This document shows, one piece after another, positions 1 to 14,525 of a stretch of DNA of 64,000 bases (its first letter is position 1; every line of letters starts with the position of its first letter). Where the stretch lies: the NCBI GenBank assembly GCA_965153355.1, contig OZ231126.1, positions 38,626,001-38,690,000 of the forward strand. The letters run 5' to 3'. A program made the translations under genes and the position numbers. A model generated the notes under the pieces. The model was given only the letters and a program-made list of their open reading frames with translations. It searched no databases and was not told the origin of the DNA. This DNA comes from Flaccisagitta enflata (Eukaryota).

Positions 1-471
1 GGAGTAGATCTTTTTTGGAAGTGGAAATTTTTTTTGTCATGGCTTTATCAGGGCTTGAATAGAAACAAGTGACGCGGGGTCACAATATCGTTGCGGATGG
101 GTGGGCAGGAGCATCCAACCCCCTACTCTAAACACTCAAACATACACAAAGAGTATCAAAAATGCTCGTTTTCCCACATTGCAACTCGATGACCACGGAC
201 CAACGGACCAACGGACAGATGGACGGACGGACCAAGCCTCTTATAAAGTTGCGTGTCCGCACCTATAATGGCAAATAAGGTTACTTTCATGCATTTTTGA
301 TCTTCCAATTAACATTTGTTTTGAACAATACTGGATGAGACAGTGCTTACAAATCAAAAGGGGGCGCTAATTGGAGGGTAAAATGACAAAATATTCTTTT
401 CAATTTAAAAAGCGCCCGGGGCGCTTATTAAAAAAAATACGGTACTCGCCCTCGTCCAAGGGGAGACATTA

Positions 472-827
472 CACGCTTTTCTTTTTGTAAGAACACTGTT
501 TATATGAAGAACTAGTGAAATTAAATGAAATGCTAAAATGATTGATATTTTGATAATGATTTTTGAAATAATTCATTTTTCATTATGATCAATTTTACAT
601 GACTTATTTTTTATTATAATCAATCTTACATTTTTTTATGTAATAAAATATTTTTTAACAATTGGTTAAATTATTTCATTATAATGATATAAACATATAA
701 TTATTAAGAAATTATATCATTCAAAAATAACAACATGTTAAGAACGCTTGAACCTCAAAACAGGGCTAAAAATGAAAACGCTGAGGCTCACTTCAAAAAA
801 TAATGTTCTTATAAAATGAAAAGCGTG
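472..827. mobile_element. MITE, TA TSD (Tc1/mariner-like)
   Basis: TA|CACGCTTTTC.TTT.RTAAGAACA ... TGTTCTTATAAAATGAAAAGCGTG|TA. Related elements at 41394-42333 and 45936-46549. Confidence 0.7.
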
Positions 828-1104
828 TACATTGTATTCATTTTTAGTCGCGTGCAGGCGACTCTACAACCTGCTTTGTCCTTCGGTCGGTCGGTTTTAA
901 AAGAGACCAAAAGTTCAAACTATCATATTTATATATTTTGAAAGTTTATGTTTTAATATTGAATGTTTAATGAATGAACTTAATTTAATATACGATTACA
1001 AACAAGAAATACAATGTGTGAAATTGTAAAAAGCCTGCCCCGATGGATAGCCTATGAAAGCCGTCAAAACTTTTTTTTTTTTGCTTTGATATAGAATGTT
1101 AGAA

Positions 1105-1460
1105 TAACGAATGTTTATGTTGTGATATTGAATGTTTATGTTTTACTGTTGAATGTGTATGTTTCGATATCAAATATTTACTATGTTTATGTTTCAATAT
1201 TGAATGTTAATATTTCAGTATCGAACGTTTATGTTTCAATATTGAATGCTTGTGTTTTAATGTTTGTTTCAAAATCCAATGTTAATGTTTTAATATTGAA
1301 TATTTATGTTTTGATATTGAATCTTTGTTTTGATATCCAATGGCAATGTTTATGTTTTGATATTGAATGTTTATGTTTAGTATTGAATGTTTTTTGTTTT
1401 GATATTGAATGTTTATGTTTTAATATTGAATGTTTGTATCAATATCGAATGTTTATGTTT
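1105..1460. repeat. Degenerate ~21-bp AT-rich minisatellite
   Basis: Recurrent TATTGAATGTTTATGTTTTGA-like unit; weaker copies at 935-970. Confidence 0.85.
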
Positions 1461-1465
1461 CATTA

Positions 1466-2185
1466 CCCTGCAATCAAAAGCAACTGTTACCAGTAAAACC
1501 TTTATTGTGCTTAAAATATTTATTTTAAGAAATTTGGACTGGTTCTGTCTGAAAACACATTACCTACCATTTATTCATGCAAAATTTTAGTGTCTCTTGC
1601 GTTTTAGCTTCCACATGGTTTTGACTGAAGATGTAATTTACCCCATATGAGGCTTATGAAAATATTGATAAACTGATATCTATAGCTTTAAATCAATGTT
1701 ATTTCATTACAAATCAATCAAAAATGATCAGATTGGTCTTAAAAGTAAGATATTAGTCTCAGCTTATGCATTTCTAAAAAAATATACCAAAATACTGAAA
1801 TTCATTGGGAAATTCTAATTTTTTCCAATGATTTTTTTCTGTTTGATTAGGTTTTGTGTCACATCACTGATCATTGAAGACCTAAATCTCCACAGAAATG
1901 GCAAAAAAATCAAAGACTATGCTGCAGAAGGGTCAATTACCCACAATTATGAGGGTATATTTATATAAACTAGCTTAAAGACACAATTTTTGAGCAAAAA
2001 TTCCCAAAATTTTATTAAATTTTATAATCAGGTGAAAGCTAAACCGCTAGAGCTACTGCTATGAAATTTTGCATGAATAAATAATAGGTAATGTGCTTTT
2101 AGATAGAACCAGTCCAAATTTCTCAAAATGAATATTTTCGGCACCATAAAGGTTTTGCTGGTAACAGTTGCTTTTGATTGCAGGG
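1466..2185. mobile_element. MITE with long TIRs, TA TSD
   Basis: TA|CCCTGCAATCAAAAGCAACTGTTACCAG ... CTGGTAACAGTTGCTTTTGATTGCAGGG|TA. Inverted similarity extends beyond 100 bp. Confidence 0.88.
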
Positions 2186-2227
2186 TATTAAATGTTTGTC
2201 TCAATAACAATTCCATTGCTGAGGTTC

Positions 2228-2406
2228 TTTTTAGTCGCGGACTAGCGACTCTATAAGAGGCTTTGTCCGTCCGTCCGTCCGTCGGTTGGTTGGTTGGTCG
2301 GTCGGTTGGTTGGTCCGTGGTGATCGAGTTGGAAAGTGTGAAAACACGCATTTCCGCCCCTGCCCACCCGTCCGCGACTGGTATTGGCCGTGTATCCGGC
2401 CTTGTT
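2228..2406 (+). mobile_element. HINE/DINE-1-like non-autonomous Helentron, family A (AGTCGCGGA subTIR)
   Basis: T-run, 5' hairpin, (GTCC/GGTT)n microsatellite, 3' subTIR TCCGCGACT, hairpin GGCCG-TGTATC-CGGCC, then TTGTT. Similar copies at 7389-7535 (+) and 33358-33540 (-). Confidence 0.78.
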
Positions 2407-2635
2407 TCATTGTTTGTTGTTGTGGTCGTCGATGTTGTTATTGTTGTTGTGGCAATTGGGAATGATGTTTCTAGTAAACTTCCGATTCTCTAATCTTTAA
2501 TCTGATATTGTCACGGCTAAATGAAGTTGAGACTTTTGTTTTCAAAAGAAACGTTTTAGAGATATTGTCTTATTGACAGCAGGTTGCCAGCACACACTCA
2601 CACATTCATACACTCACACTCACGCATACACATTC

Positions 2636-2733
<98 letters not shown>

Positions 2734-2898
2734 GTGAAAACCGCATGCTTTTATCTTTACTAGTTTGAGTCTGACAGCCTGCTGAAGATGAAAGGTGTTC
2801 GTTACGAATCTCCGATTTCGAAGAGTTCCTTTCGCGGTTTCGGTTGCGAAGTAAGCAAAAGGAATTAAACCGATGATGTTTACCACTTCGCCATGGCT

Positions 2899-3002
2899 CG
2901 CTGTCTGGTCTAGTGGTTAACGCTCTGGACTTCAGCTGGATATGTTTCTTATTGCTAGTGACATTTCTTTGTTGAGCTGCGAGTTCGAACCCTGGGGAAA
3001 CT
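2899..3002 (+). pseudogene. Degenerate tRNA-like sequence / tRNA-derived SINE head
   Basis: A box TGGTCTAGTGG (2906), CTGGA-CT-TCA anticodon-arm-like segment and B box GAGTTCGAAC (2981). The acceptor, anticodon and T stems do not pair properly. Confidence 0.4.
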
Positions 3003-3360
3003 ATCGAATTTCTTTTTCTCAAGGTTAACATGCTCCGATTGAGCTGAAATTTTTTCAGGCAACAAAGTCAATCATGGGCTTTAAGAAAATGTATAGATTA
3101 TGACAGTTTGTGCATTAATGTGACTATGAGGAGAGCCTCCAAAAAAGCCGTCTTTGAACTAAACGTACTGTACCCCAACGGACCTGCCGCCACCAGAAAA
3201 AAATTCTCCTCGCTGGGATCTTTATATAGTCCCCACGTTGCTTCACCAACCCCCTCCCCCGCTGAATATCCATGACAAATCACATTTTGGATGAGGAGTT
3301 TGACTCGTTGAAATATGAATGCAGAAAAAAAACTGAACAGATTGAAATTTAATTTGATTA

Positions 3361-4727
3361 CCCTGTCTTCAAAAGCAACTGTAACCAGCAAAAGATGTAT
3401 TATGCCATAACTATTCCCATCACAAAATTTGGATTTTTTCTGTCTTAAAGCATATCAACTGCCATTTCTTCATGCAAAATTTCAGCACTTTTTGTCAAGT
3501 GGTTTAGCTTCTGCACCATTTTAAAGTAGAACATCACTCATGGCGATACAGCTTTCCATTTCAGACTTAGATGGAGGCGTTTGACTTCAAACCTATGTAA
3601 CTTTTAAACGCTTTGAGCTAAAACTCTGGGATTGGTCTCAAATTGAAGATTTTTTGAAGGAGACAATATCATGTTTCAAAAAAACCCACATTTTGATGTA
3701 TTTGTTAAGTTTTTATTAAGTTTTTCCCTGATTTTTCATATTTTAACATTTCATATTAGAAAAATTATCTTTTTTGATTGCAATATCTTATGAATATGCA
3801 TGATATGAAAGAAAGTCATACAGGGTCATCCACCTGAGTTGTCGGATTCTGTTAAGCTTTTACTCTCTGATGCCAAAAGACATGGATTTGAAATTGATCA
3901 TGTCTTAAAGAGTATAGATTGACATTTTTTGTATAAAAATTTCAGCCATTTTGCTCAAGTAGTTTGTCTTCAACATGGATTTTAACGTAAAGCTTTTATT
4001 TCAAGACTGAACAGATTTTCTAGGAATTGTGCAAGTTAACACTTCAATCAATTTTTGAATTCTTTTAATAATCAATTCAAAACAGGCTTGAATCAGTGAT
4101 GATATTAAAGTATTTCAATATGTTTGTTAGTTTATCTTCCATTTCAGATTAACTTTTTCTCTATGGCATGAAAAGTTAAAAAAAAATGAACATGAATGCA
4201 AGCAGAATTCTGCATTTCTGATGGACAATCTGTAAAATAGTAAAATACTTGTGTTACTTCAAATTTACGTAAAAGACAAACTACTCGACAAAAATGGCTG
4301 AAATTTTTACACAAAAAATGTCAATCTATACCCTTTAAGACTTGATCAATTTTGATTCCATGTCTCCTGACATCTGAGAGTAAAAGCTTAACAGAATCCG
4401 ACAACTCAGGTGGATGACCCTGTATTGGTAATAAAGATGATTTAGTATGGGATCAATACAGACACTCAAAATCAATTTTTTGGCTTTTTGCACCAGGTTG
4501 AACAAATTAACTCTTTTTATTCTATATAAAAATTGCAATATTTTGAGTAAATTTGGGTACTTTTCAAAATTATGTAGAAGCTAAACCACTTGACAAAAAG
4601 TGCTGAAATTTTGCATGAAGAAATGGCAGTTGATATGCTTTAAGACAGAAAAAATCCGAATTTTATGATGGGAATAGTTATGGCATAATACATCTTTTGC
4701 TGGTTACAGTTGCTTTTGAAGACAGGG
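3361..4727. mobile_element. MITE related to 1466-2185, carrying a nested MITE
   Basis: TA|CCCTGTCTTCAAAAGCAACTGTAACCAGC ... GACAGGG|TA, with a near-perfect ~150-bp TIR. Confidence 0.9.
3821..4422. mobile_element. Nested Tc1/mariner-type MITE
   Basis: TA|CAGGGTCATCCACCTGAGTTGTCGGATTCTGTTAAGCTTTTACTCTC ... inverse ending CCCTG|TA. Confidence 0.9.
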
Positions 4728-4956
4728 TACTGGCCGTTAAAAAAGTCATAAGTGAGGAGGATTTTTTTATCTAGCGACGGACAGGAAAATCGTGATAAAA
4801 ATGATTTTTACCGTCAGTTTCACCTTCAATTAGACATTCTTTTTTTTGGGACCATCAATTTTCCACCATATTATTCGCGTCATTTACCGCAATGCTTTTT
4901 TTGCGGATATGCGGAATAACATTCGGCAGATTGTGCATCAGACTTGGAGTGCATTT

Positions 4957-5753
4957 CGGTCAGGATTCTGGTTAGAGAAAATCTCAATTTTAAGGGTTTT
5001 GAAAAAAAAAAGATGGACACATTACAGTTTTTTGCACAGGGGACCTAAAAAGGCTGTAGAACACGATTCTGATATTCATTTTGACCTAACTTGAGCCAAA
5101 AAAATTAGAAACGTTTTTTTATGTAAAAAATTGTGTTTTTTGCTATAAAAACACTATTTGTTTCATATTTTTTGGTTAATTCTGACTGATATTGATGTAT
5201 GTTGATCATTTGCACTATGCTGATTCAATTTTTGGTGTTTCTACACAATTTTTGCTATTTTTGAAAGTTTGCACTTGATCTCATTTGCATATTGCGGTTT
5301 TGCGTTTTTCACCTATAACATGCATGTGTTTTTTAGTACATCAATGAAATTCATACTGATAGCATATCTTATCCTGAGAAACTGTTCCAAAACATCAGTT
5401 TTTAGAATTTTTTGATTTTGGGTCATTTTTTCATTTTTGAGGATTCTAATGCAATTTTTGAACCTCGCAGACCTATTCAAAATTGCGCTAGATTCACTCA
5501 AGTATCAATTGCTATTAGTACTTTAAGTTTCAGTAAAAAAAAAATCTGAAATATTTCATTTTACACCGTTCTATAAGGAAAAATAGCTGTTTTTAGCACA
5601 AAAAAACGTTTCTAATTTTTTTGGCTCAAGTTAGGTCAAAATGAATATCAGAATCGTGTTCTACAGCCTTTTTAGGTCCTCTGTGCAAAAATCTGTGAGG
5701 TGTCCATTTTTTTTTATTTTCTTTAAGCTTTTTGCAACCGGGAATCCTGACCG
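4957..5753. mobile_element. Non-autonomous DNA transposon, apparent 4-bp TSD (ATTT), superfamily unassigned
   Basis: ATTT|CGGTCAGGATTC ... GAATCCTGACCG|ATTT, plus a ~100-bp subterminal inverted repeat. Second, inverted and truncated copy at about 16095-17003. Confidence 0.8.
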
Positions 5754-6721
5754 ATTTCATGCGAAGAAATGAATACACACCGGATGTTGTGTCAAAGCAA
5801 TGAATTTAAACTGTAAATGTGCTTTTAAAGCAGATTATCATAATTGAAAAAGACAGCAACAATACAGAATTATTTTGCTAAATTCGTTTTCATTCTCTCT
5901 TTCATACCAATCATCAGGACAACATCATGATTGTAGGTTTTATTTTGGTGGAATCAGGCCAAGGCAAGACAAGAAAAACTAGTGGTGGCGTTGACATGAC
6001 CCAGGTTTACAAAGACTCAATATGAGTTGCAATGATGAACAAGGCAGTATACACGATGGGCAGCTAAAGGGGTTCAACCAATCACAAAACAAAACAAAAA
6101 AAGGAATGTCAAAGCTTTACATACCTTTGAAAATATAAATTCTCAAGAAACAATTGTAATTGTTTCCAATTGTTTGAATCCGAATGTGAATCAAATGATG
6201 CCATAAATAAGTTTATGCATTAAATCTACCTATGAAAACAAGATGTCAGTAACAATTACAGCCAAACTTATGAATCTGGTTGAATTGGAACGTTAAGTCC
6301 CTGATGTTTCACCATTCAAATGACAAATATTAATTGATATTATCATGCTACCTGAAGATAAACCACATTTTGCCATTTCTGGGGCATCTCCGGGATTGGT
6401 AGTTGCCTATTTAACTTAAATTTAAGCTGCAATGAACGGGCGAGAGGGACAACAATCTTCGTCCCGAAATGGCAAATGGGTAATTCCTTAATCATAATCT
6501 TTCTGGAATGAAATTTAATCTACAATCACTTGAATATGAGCGGGGGCCGCTCATTATCATGATGCGCAAGATTAGATAGCAAGCCACTCAACCGGTAGTG
6601 GACAGTTCAAGTGAAATCAGACTCGTATGAACGACAAGATATGAAGCGGACTCTCACTTAAGTTATCTTAAGTTAAGTGACTTAACCCATACAAGCAAAA
6701 AAATCTGCACTTCTGGGTTGG

Positions 6722-8638
6722 TCAAACGAAAGTGACTTGCGTGGTCTTTTCGTAGTTTTGGTCGACAGGCGTCGTCGTCGTCGAGTTTTTGTTGGGCGTT
6801 GATTTTCTGGGTTTTGTTCTTTTCATCTCCATTTTCTCTCTAAAAGCCTTCAAGTCTTCCGCGGCTTTGGCCGATTCTTTTCTCTCGGCTTTCGATTCTT
6901 TTCTTTCGAGTTTCGTCATTTTCGTCGACATCATCGAAGACGAAGATGAGGAGGAGGAAGTTGATTTGGTCTCGTTTCTCGATCCGGAACTTCGTAGCCC
7001 GACCCATCGACTGAGTCCCGATCCGACCGTCGGCGTCGGCGGTGGCGTCGATAACGCCCCGGATGTGGATCCCGGAGGGCCGATGGAAAATCCCAACTCG
7101 GTCGCCAGTTTGACGTTGTGAGCCGTCGGCGTTTTGCCGGCGTGGTCGCGGATATTGGGATCGGCTTTGTAGACGTTGACGAGAATTTCGGCAGTTTCAC
7201 GATGACTTTGAATGAAGGCTAAATGAAGAGGAGTGTAGCCGCCGTTACTTTTGGCGTTGACGGCGGCACCGTGGCCAGCGATGAGCTTGACCAGCTCGAC
7301 CTGTAAAAAAAAGACGTGTGCGTGGAGTATCCCCTCACCTCACTTAGGTAATGTGGAAAAGTAAAATTCATAAAAATGATCATTTTCCTTTTTAGTCAAG
7401 GACAAGCGACTCTATAAGAGGCTTTGTCCGTCCGTCGGTCCGTTGGTAATGATCGAGTTCGAAAGTGCGAAAACACGCATTTCCGCCCCTGCCCACCCAT
7501 CCGCGACTGGTATTGGCCGTGTATCAGGCCTTGTTTCAAAATTCCTTCATCTTCCGTTTTCGTTTTGACCCTAAAATTCCACCAAAAATCCCAGAAATCA
7601 TCAAAATCTTGTGTAATTTTGATACTAAAAGAACAATTAGATAGCCATGGTATTTGTGAGAAAATTTGTAAGAAATATCAGAATAATAATAAACTATGAA
7701 AGAGCTTATTTGAAAAGCAGATAAACAATTCTATAGAGAGAAAAAAATCACTTTTAGCAAATACAAAGAAGCTCAGCAATCAGCATATCAATTAATCCCA
7801 CTGCATTATGCAAATTAGGTCCTCAAAAAGAATTTTCCAAAAAAACTTAAAAAAGAAAGACGAACAATTCTTGATGAAAGAAAAACAGTAAGGGTCCTAA
7901 AATTGGACATTCCACCCAACTGACAGTTGGTCAACAGATATCGGCGCTCACCTGCCCGGCTTTGGCGGCCCAATGAAGCGGCGTATATCCCGTGACAAAA
8001 TCTTTAAAGTAAACAAGATTTTTATTCTCTGAAATCATTTTGGCGATGGGATGATAGTTCGTCGTCGCCGACAAAACCATCCACTTTCTCAACTCTCTCG
8101 TCAAGTGGACGGGTAGCGTGGCTCCGGCCTCACTTCCGGCGGCGACGCTGCGTCGGACGCCGGTCCGCTGCAGTTCCGGCGTATTGAGAAGCGACGACGA
8201 GCGACTCGGCGGCAGGAGTAACTCCGATTCCGATTGTAGTTTGTTGAGCTTTTTCGCGCGTTCGCGGACGCTGATGACGGACGCATCGGGGACGTCGTCT
8301 TTGGAGACTTCATTGCTCTGGAGGATGATCTTTTTGTCGTCGTTGTTATTTTTGTCTCCGCCGGTGACGTTAAATGCGTCTTTGTTATCATGGATACTGA
8401 CGTCGCTTCTACTGACAGCGGCACTGCTTCCGCCGCCGCCGCCGTTGACGCTGCTGTTGGCGGAAGATACCGCGCCGAAGGATGCGGTTTTGTGTCTTGG
8501 AGTCGACGAGTCGATGGAAGGTGACGCTGGGAAACCGGAAGAGGATGCGAGATCAAAACTGGAATTAGCGCGAGATTTTGGGGGAGTCAAGAAAAGCTCC
8601 TCGTAAGACGGTAAGGGAGGGCGGTCCAGTTGAGGCAT
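6722..8638 (-). CDS. sowah: SOWAH/sosondowah-like ankyrin-repeat protein, 2 coding exons (8638-7952, 7300-6722), ~421 aa
   Basis: Donor CAG|GTGAGC at 7952 and acceptor tttacag| at 7300, both phase 0. Together they give KDFVTGYTPLHWAAKAGQ|VELVKLIAGHGAAVNAKSNGGYTPLHLAF...YKADPNIRDHAGKTP, the two-ankyrin signature of the SOWAH family. A possible non-coding 5' exon ends at donor AAG|GTGAGC near 9418. Confidence 0.8.
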
Positions 8639-9112
8639 CGTTGAATCTCTTTGCTAAATGGTATCCACTGATATTTTTACGCTTGTCGTCTCTTGTATCG
8701 TTTCAACATGGGTGTGCGTTTGGTTTTCTTTTTTTTATTCTTGTTGTTTTTCTCACTTTAGTTTTTCATCCCTGGAGTGAGTTTCTAATTTTTTGTGCAT
8801 ATTGCGACTTTTTGAAGAGAATTTCAGTATTTTTTCCCTAAGAAAAACCGACAAGTTAAAAACGCGACTGTCATGAAATTGTTTTCATTTCTTCAAACAC
8901 TCTTTTGAAAGTCCTTCTCTCAGAATTTCCTCTTTATTTGCATGATTTTCTTATCAAAGCAGGGCATTAAGGAAAGTTTTAATTCGTTCATTTTTCAACT
9001 GCGTTGATTTCTAGGTCGTCCACAAGGAAACCAATTCAACCTGAGACGAAAAATTGACTCCTTATTTTGAGTGTTGTGACTTCATTCTCGGAGTGGAGAG
9101 GCTATCTAACTT

Positions 9113-9185
<73 letters not shown>

Positions 9186-9796
9186 GAAACCTTTTTCAGT
9201 GTTCGTTGTACAAATTACACACACGCAATTAACATGCGATTTGCAAGTGGCACGCACGCAAAGTTGGGGATCGAAAATTAATCTTTATGGCAGTTTTCCT
9301 TTTTTTTCAAAACGACGTAAAAAGTTCCCGTTGTCGTTGTCAGGCGATATTTTCTCGCTGAGCAATCTTTTTTTCTTGTTGAGTTGATTGTTTTTTTTCT
9401 TCGAGCAAACGGCTCACCTTTACCTCTTCTTCCTTATCCTCCTCCTTCTCCGCCCCCCTCCAGGCGATAGATATCGAACCAATTGGGTGACTGATTTATG
9501 GGTGATTATTGGTCCAAGTCCATTAGCCCACCCCTTATACGCCTCTCTTTGTCTACTCTCTCTCTCGCTTTGCATCCTTTCTATGTCTCCCTGTTAGTAT
9601 GTCTCTTTCTGTCTACCAATAAAGGTGGCTCTCGCCGACCGGAAAAAGTCGCAAATGGGTGTCTTTTTTTTCTGCATATTTTTTTCTGTATTTTCAGTGC
9701 ATGGTTTTTTGTGTGCATCTCATGATGTTTTGGTTGACTGCTTGCCTGTTTTTGTCATTCAATCTGTCTCTCTGTCTCTTAGGTCTTCTTTGTCTT

Positions 9797-9850
<54 letters not shown>

Positions 9851-9880
9851 TCTCTCTCTCTCTCTCTCTCTTGTGTGAAT

Positions 9881-9947
<67 letters not shown>

Positions 9948-9950
<3 letters not shown>

Positions 9951-11826
9951 CGGCGTAGGGCAGGAAAATGTGCAGGGGCGTCAGGCCCCTATCTGTGTCC
10001 AACTGAATTCTGTGTCCGACTTAGTACCTAATTAGATTACAGTTGAAAAAAGTAGGTAAAAAACATATTAATTCAACATTTCAGGGGAGGGGTGCAGGTA
10101 TCAATACAAAGAAAGAAAACTGTTTGAAATATATCTAAGTTTTTAAAAATATTATAATATGCAAAATGTTTAAAGCATTTTTGACCAACTCTTAAATACA
10201 AAAAAATTATGTTAAAAAATTTATAAAAAAAAACTTCATAAAATAAAAAAAACATTAATTAAAAAAAGCATATAGTTTGAAAAAAGGGGTTTTGAAAGCT
10301 GAATAAATCAATGAACAAAAAAATGTCAAGTTATAAAAAAAATTAATAAAACAGATTCATACAATAAAAAATTTATAATCTTCTAATCAATCTTAATGAT
10401 TGTAACAGTTTACTCATCTTTGCCTGTGGGCTTCCCCTGGCCATATTCTGCTGATGGGAATCAATTTCAATGTTTTTTGATCGAGTTAGACAGTCAGTCC
10501 CAATTTTGCATTCATCCGTATACCCACATCTCATCATGTTACGAGATAAAGCAACTTTGGTTATTTGAGCATATTTCGGTATATCGAAATATGACTTTCG
10601 TCTTTCCCTTTTTGCTATGCCATTCAAAATAGAGTAGCAAAGCAATCTCTAAGATCTTATCTTATTTACTTTGTTTTTTCGCGCGCAATATTTGAATAAT
10701 CAGCTGAGATTACAAATTCGGAAGGATTAACAAAACACAAGGATATGATTGAATGGTACAGCATTCATAAATGTATTTCCTCTAAGATTTAAGTGGCAAA
10801 ATCTTTGGAGACCATTAACATTACAAACTGCTATGGAATTCATTTAGAATTTACCAAAGCCACAATCGAGTAAATCTAACTTTTGTAAGTCATATTTCAA
10901 TATACCAAAACATGCCCAGATAGAGAAAGTTTTGGTTTTCCAAAATATGTTGAGATACGAGCATATGGATGAATACAGAATTGGGACTGACTGTAGAGGT
11001 GGTACAATCCATAGTTACAAAAATTATTGATGTAACAATTACAAACACCAAGCTCCTTTAGAGAATTAAGATTGGTTTTTTTAATTCAGCAAAAAGTTTT
11101 TGTAAGCATCTAATAAACCTTAAAGATCAGCTAAGTACCTTCATTGACATATTTCCTGTATTTAGCGCTCCGGGCGCTTTTGAAAGTCAAATGAAACATT
11201 GTCATTGTCATTAGTGCCCCCTCATTCACTGAAGTAAAAAATTGTTTTGTATGAAATTTTCTGTTTTTAAGAAATCTTTTATTCCTAAAAACAGTGAAAC
11301 AGAATATTCTTTGCATTGCTTACCATTTTCTTTGCTTTTTTTGCCATAAACTTTATTCACAATGGATGAGATAGAATTTTCTTTAACAATGTGGTTTTGT
11401 TATAAGAGTTCCTTCTCTTGTAAAGGGGGGGCGCAAATAAGGGGGGGGGGGGGCAATAAATGCAGGAAATGTGGTAACTCAAAAGTTTTTTTTTGTTCTG
11501 ACATGATTTCTCAAGGTCAACTAGACAAAACGACTTTACTTCCTATCCTACTTTCTTTTTTCTCCCATTTCTAAATATTTCTTTCTCTCTATCTTTCTTT
11601 CTTTTTTTTTTTCTTTCTTTCTTTCTATCTTGCTTTCTTTCATATCATGTTTTTTTCCTTGTTTAAAACCATTTATTCACTTTTTTTCCATTCCCCATTT
11701 GCTTTTTTTTTATTCAGCCTCTGTTTTTTTTGTTTTTTGTTTTTTTAAAGAGAAAGTGTGTCTGACTGCAACGGGTGATCGACTGCAGAGGCGTCAGCAG
11801 ACGCCCCTGACGCCCCTCCTACGCCG

Positions 11827-11829
<3 letters not shown>
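9948..11829. mobile_element. hAT-like non-autonomous element inserted in a (TG)n tract, with nested MITEs (10491-10993 and ~11145-11476)
   Basis: Perfect 12-bp TIR CAGCGGCGTAGG/CCTACGCCGCTG, subterminal AGGGGCGTCAGG motifs, and (TG)n on both sides. Inner TIR CAGTCAGTCCCAATT. Confidence 0.72.
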
Positions 11830-11877
<48 letters not shown>

Positions 11878-11994
11878 TGTTTGTGTGTGTGTATATGTGG
11901 GGGGTCTCTCTCTGTCTTTCTCTTTCTCTTTTCCTTTCTATTCTCTTTCTCTATACCTCTCTCTTTCTCTCTCTCAAGCAAAGAAAAATGCAAA

Positions 11995-12925
<931 letters not shown>

Positions 12926-14301
12926 ATAAAGCAAGACCACATGGTGGTTCAAAGAAAGACTATAACAAGTCATCACAGGATCGCACATAGTCAGCGGTAC
13001 CCAATGCCCTGCTTGGAGTGATTAGCTTAAGAAGTGGAGTAAGAGCAGGTTGTAGGGGTGAATTTCCATATGTTTAAAGGGCATATTTGAGGCCTTTGGA
13101 GCAATTTTCCATTATATTCAATGGCAGTTATGCATTTTTCAAAATTTTTGTCAATTTACAATGTATCACATGTATCACATTTTTTTTCTTTTTTCATCAA
13201 TATTCCATGTTAATCAATGGGAAATACAATTTTTTTTTACTTGTTAGTGTAATTTCCATGTTATTCAATGAGAATAAGTACCAGTAATGGCGGCTGTCGC
13301 CGTGAGGAAAAAATGTTGTAAGCATTGGTCACTTTTTGCCATGTTTTTTTTCAGTCACTGAAATCTTTTTTTTTATTAGATCAAATCGAAAGCAATTGTA
13401 CATTTTGATTGCACTGAAAATCAGAGAAAAATAGGACTGAGCCAAATGAGCTAGATGAGCTAAACCAGACCACCAGCTTTGCTCACTGATATGCTTCCTT
13501 GTACTTGCATGCTTAAATCAAAACATAAATTTATCTATCCTTTTCAAAATCAGAGAAAAAGAGCAAGCTAAATGAGCTAAATGAGCTAGAATACTTAAAA
13601 ACGCTCGCACAGATGAGCAGCTCTGCTTACTGACATGTTTTTTTATTTGCTTGCTTAAACAAGTATGAAAATATTTAATTATTTATCATATTCGAAATCA
13701 GAAAGAATAGACTGAGCTAAGTGAGCAAAATGAGCTAAAATGCTCAAAAACGCCCTCAGCGATGAGCAGCTGTGCTCATAAATATTTTTTTTTTATTTGC
13801 ATGCTCACATAAACATAAATACACTCCTTTATTGATCCTAAACAAAATCATAAAAAATCGATAAAAATCATATTCGAATTTTTCATAAATAAATATTTAA
13901 AAATTCATAGCACAAAAAATATTTGTTGTAGAGCATTCTGCTTGGCGCCAAAAGAAAGAGAATTATCAAATTTACTTACCCTATCAATTTTGTCCAAGGG
14001 TGCAATCGGTAAGTGGAGATTCACAACTTCTGCATGAGAAAATAAAAACCCTGTTTCTCTCGAATATGTCAAAAAGTTGAAGACTGACTTCAACTTTTTT
14101 CCCGATAATGATTGAAAAGCTTCTGAGAAAGGAAGGGGGAATGTACGGACTGATGGATGCATAGAAATTCACCCCTGTGTCGTACAGGACATCGGCCCTT
14201 TGGGGCCGCTGCCCAAAAAGCGAGACCAAGTAGGACCAAATAAATCAGAATATGATCATGTACATTGCCACTATTCAGCCATCGCTCTGTACCTTTGTTG
14301 C

Positions 14302-14525
14302 TTTTTAGTCGCGTGCACGCGACTCTACAACCCGCTTTGTCGGTCCTTCATTCCGTCCGTCCATCCGTCGGTCCGTCCGTCCGTCCGTCTGTCCGTCACA
14401 CTTTACTTTTTTTTTAGTTTTTGCGGTCTTTGGCCTCACTGCTTCTGCCCAAATGATGGAATGGCCTCAAATATGGCCACTGCCCACCCGCACGCGACTT
14501 GGGTAGCCGTGTATCCGGCCTTGTT
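14302..14525 (+). mobile_element. HINE family A (AGTCGCGTG subTIR)
   Basis: Same architecture. Other copies or fragments: 841-895, 14857-14910, 15211-15340, 15987-16080, 17244-17420, 22622-23822 (split), 39476-39687, 42410-42522, 46347-46544, 53529-53712, 53816-53995, 60940-61155, 61892-62089. Confidence 0.78.

Noticed and set aside
2930-2936. Functional selenocysteine or opal suppressor tRNA
   Set aside because: The 3' anticodon strand and acceptor stem are missing and the T stem is mismatched.
8101-8606. Alternative-frame and antisense ORFs over GC-rich exons (also at 25716, 32355, 48728, 54391, 60398)
   Set aside because: Shadows of real coding exons with no recognisable motifs.
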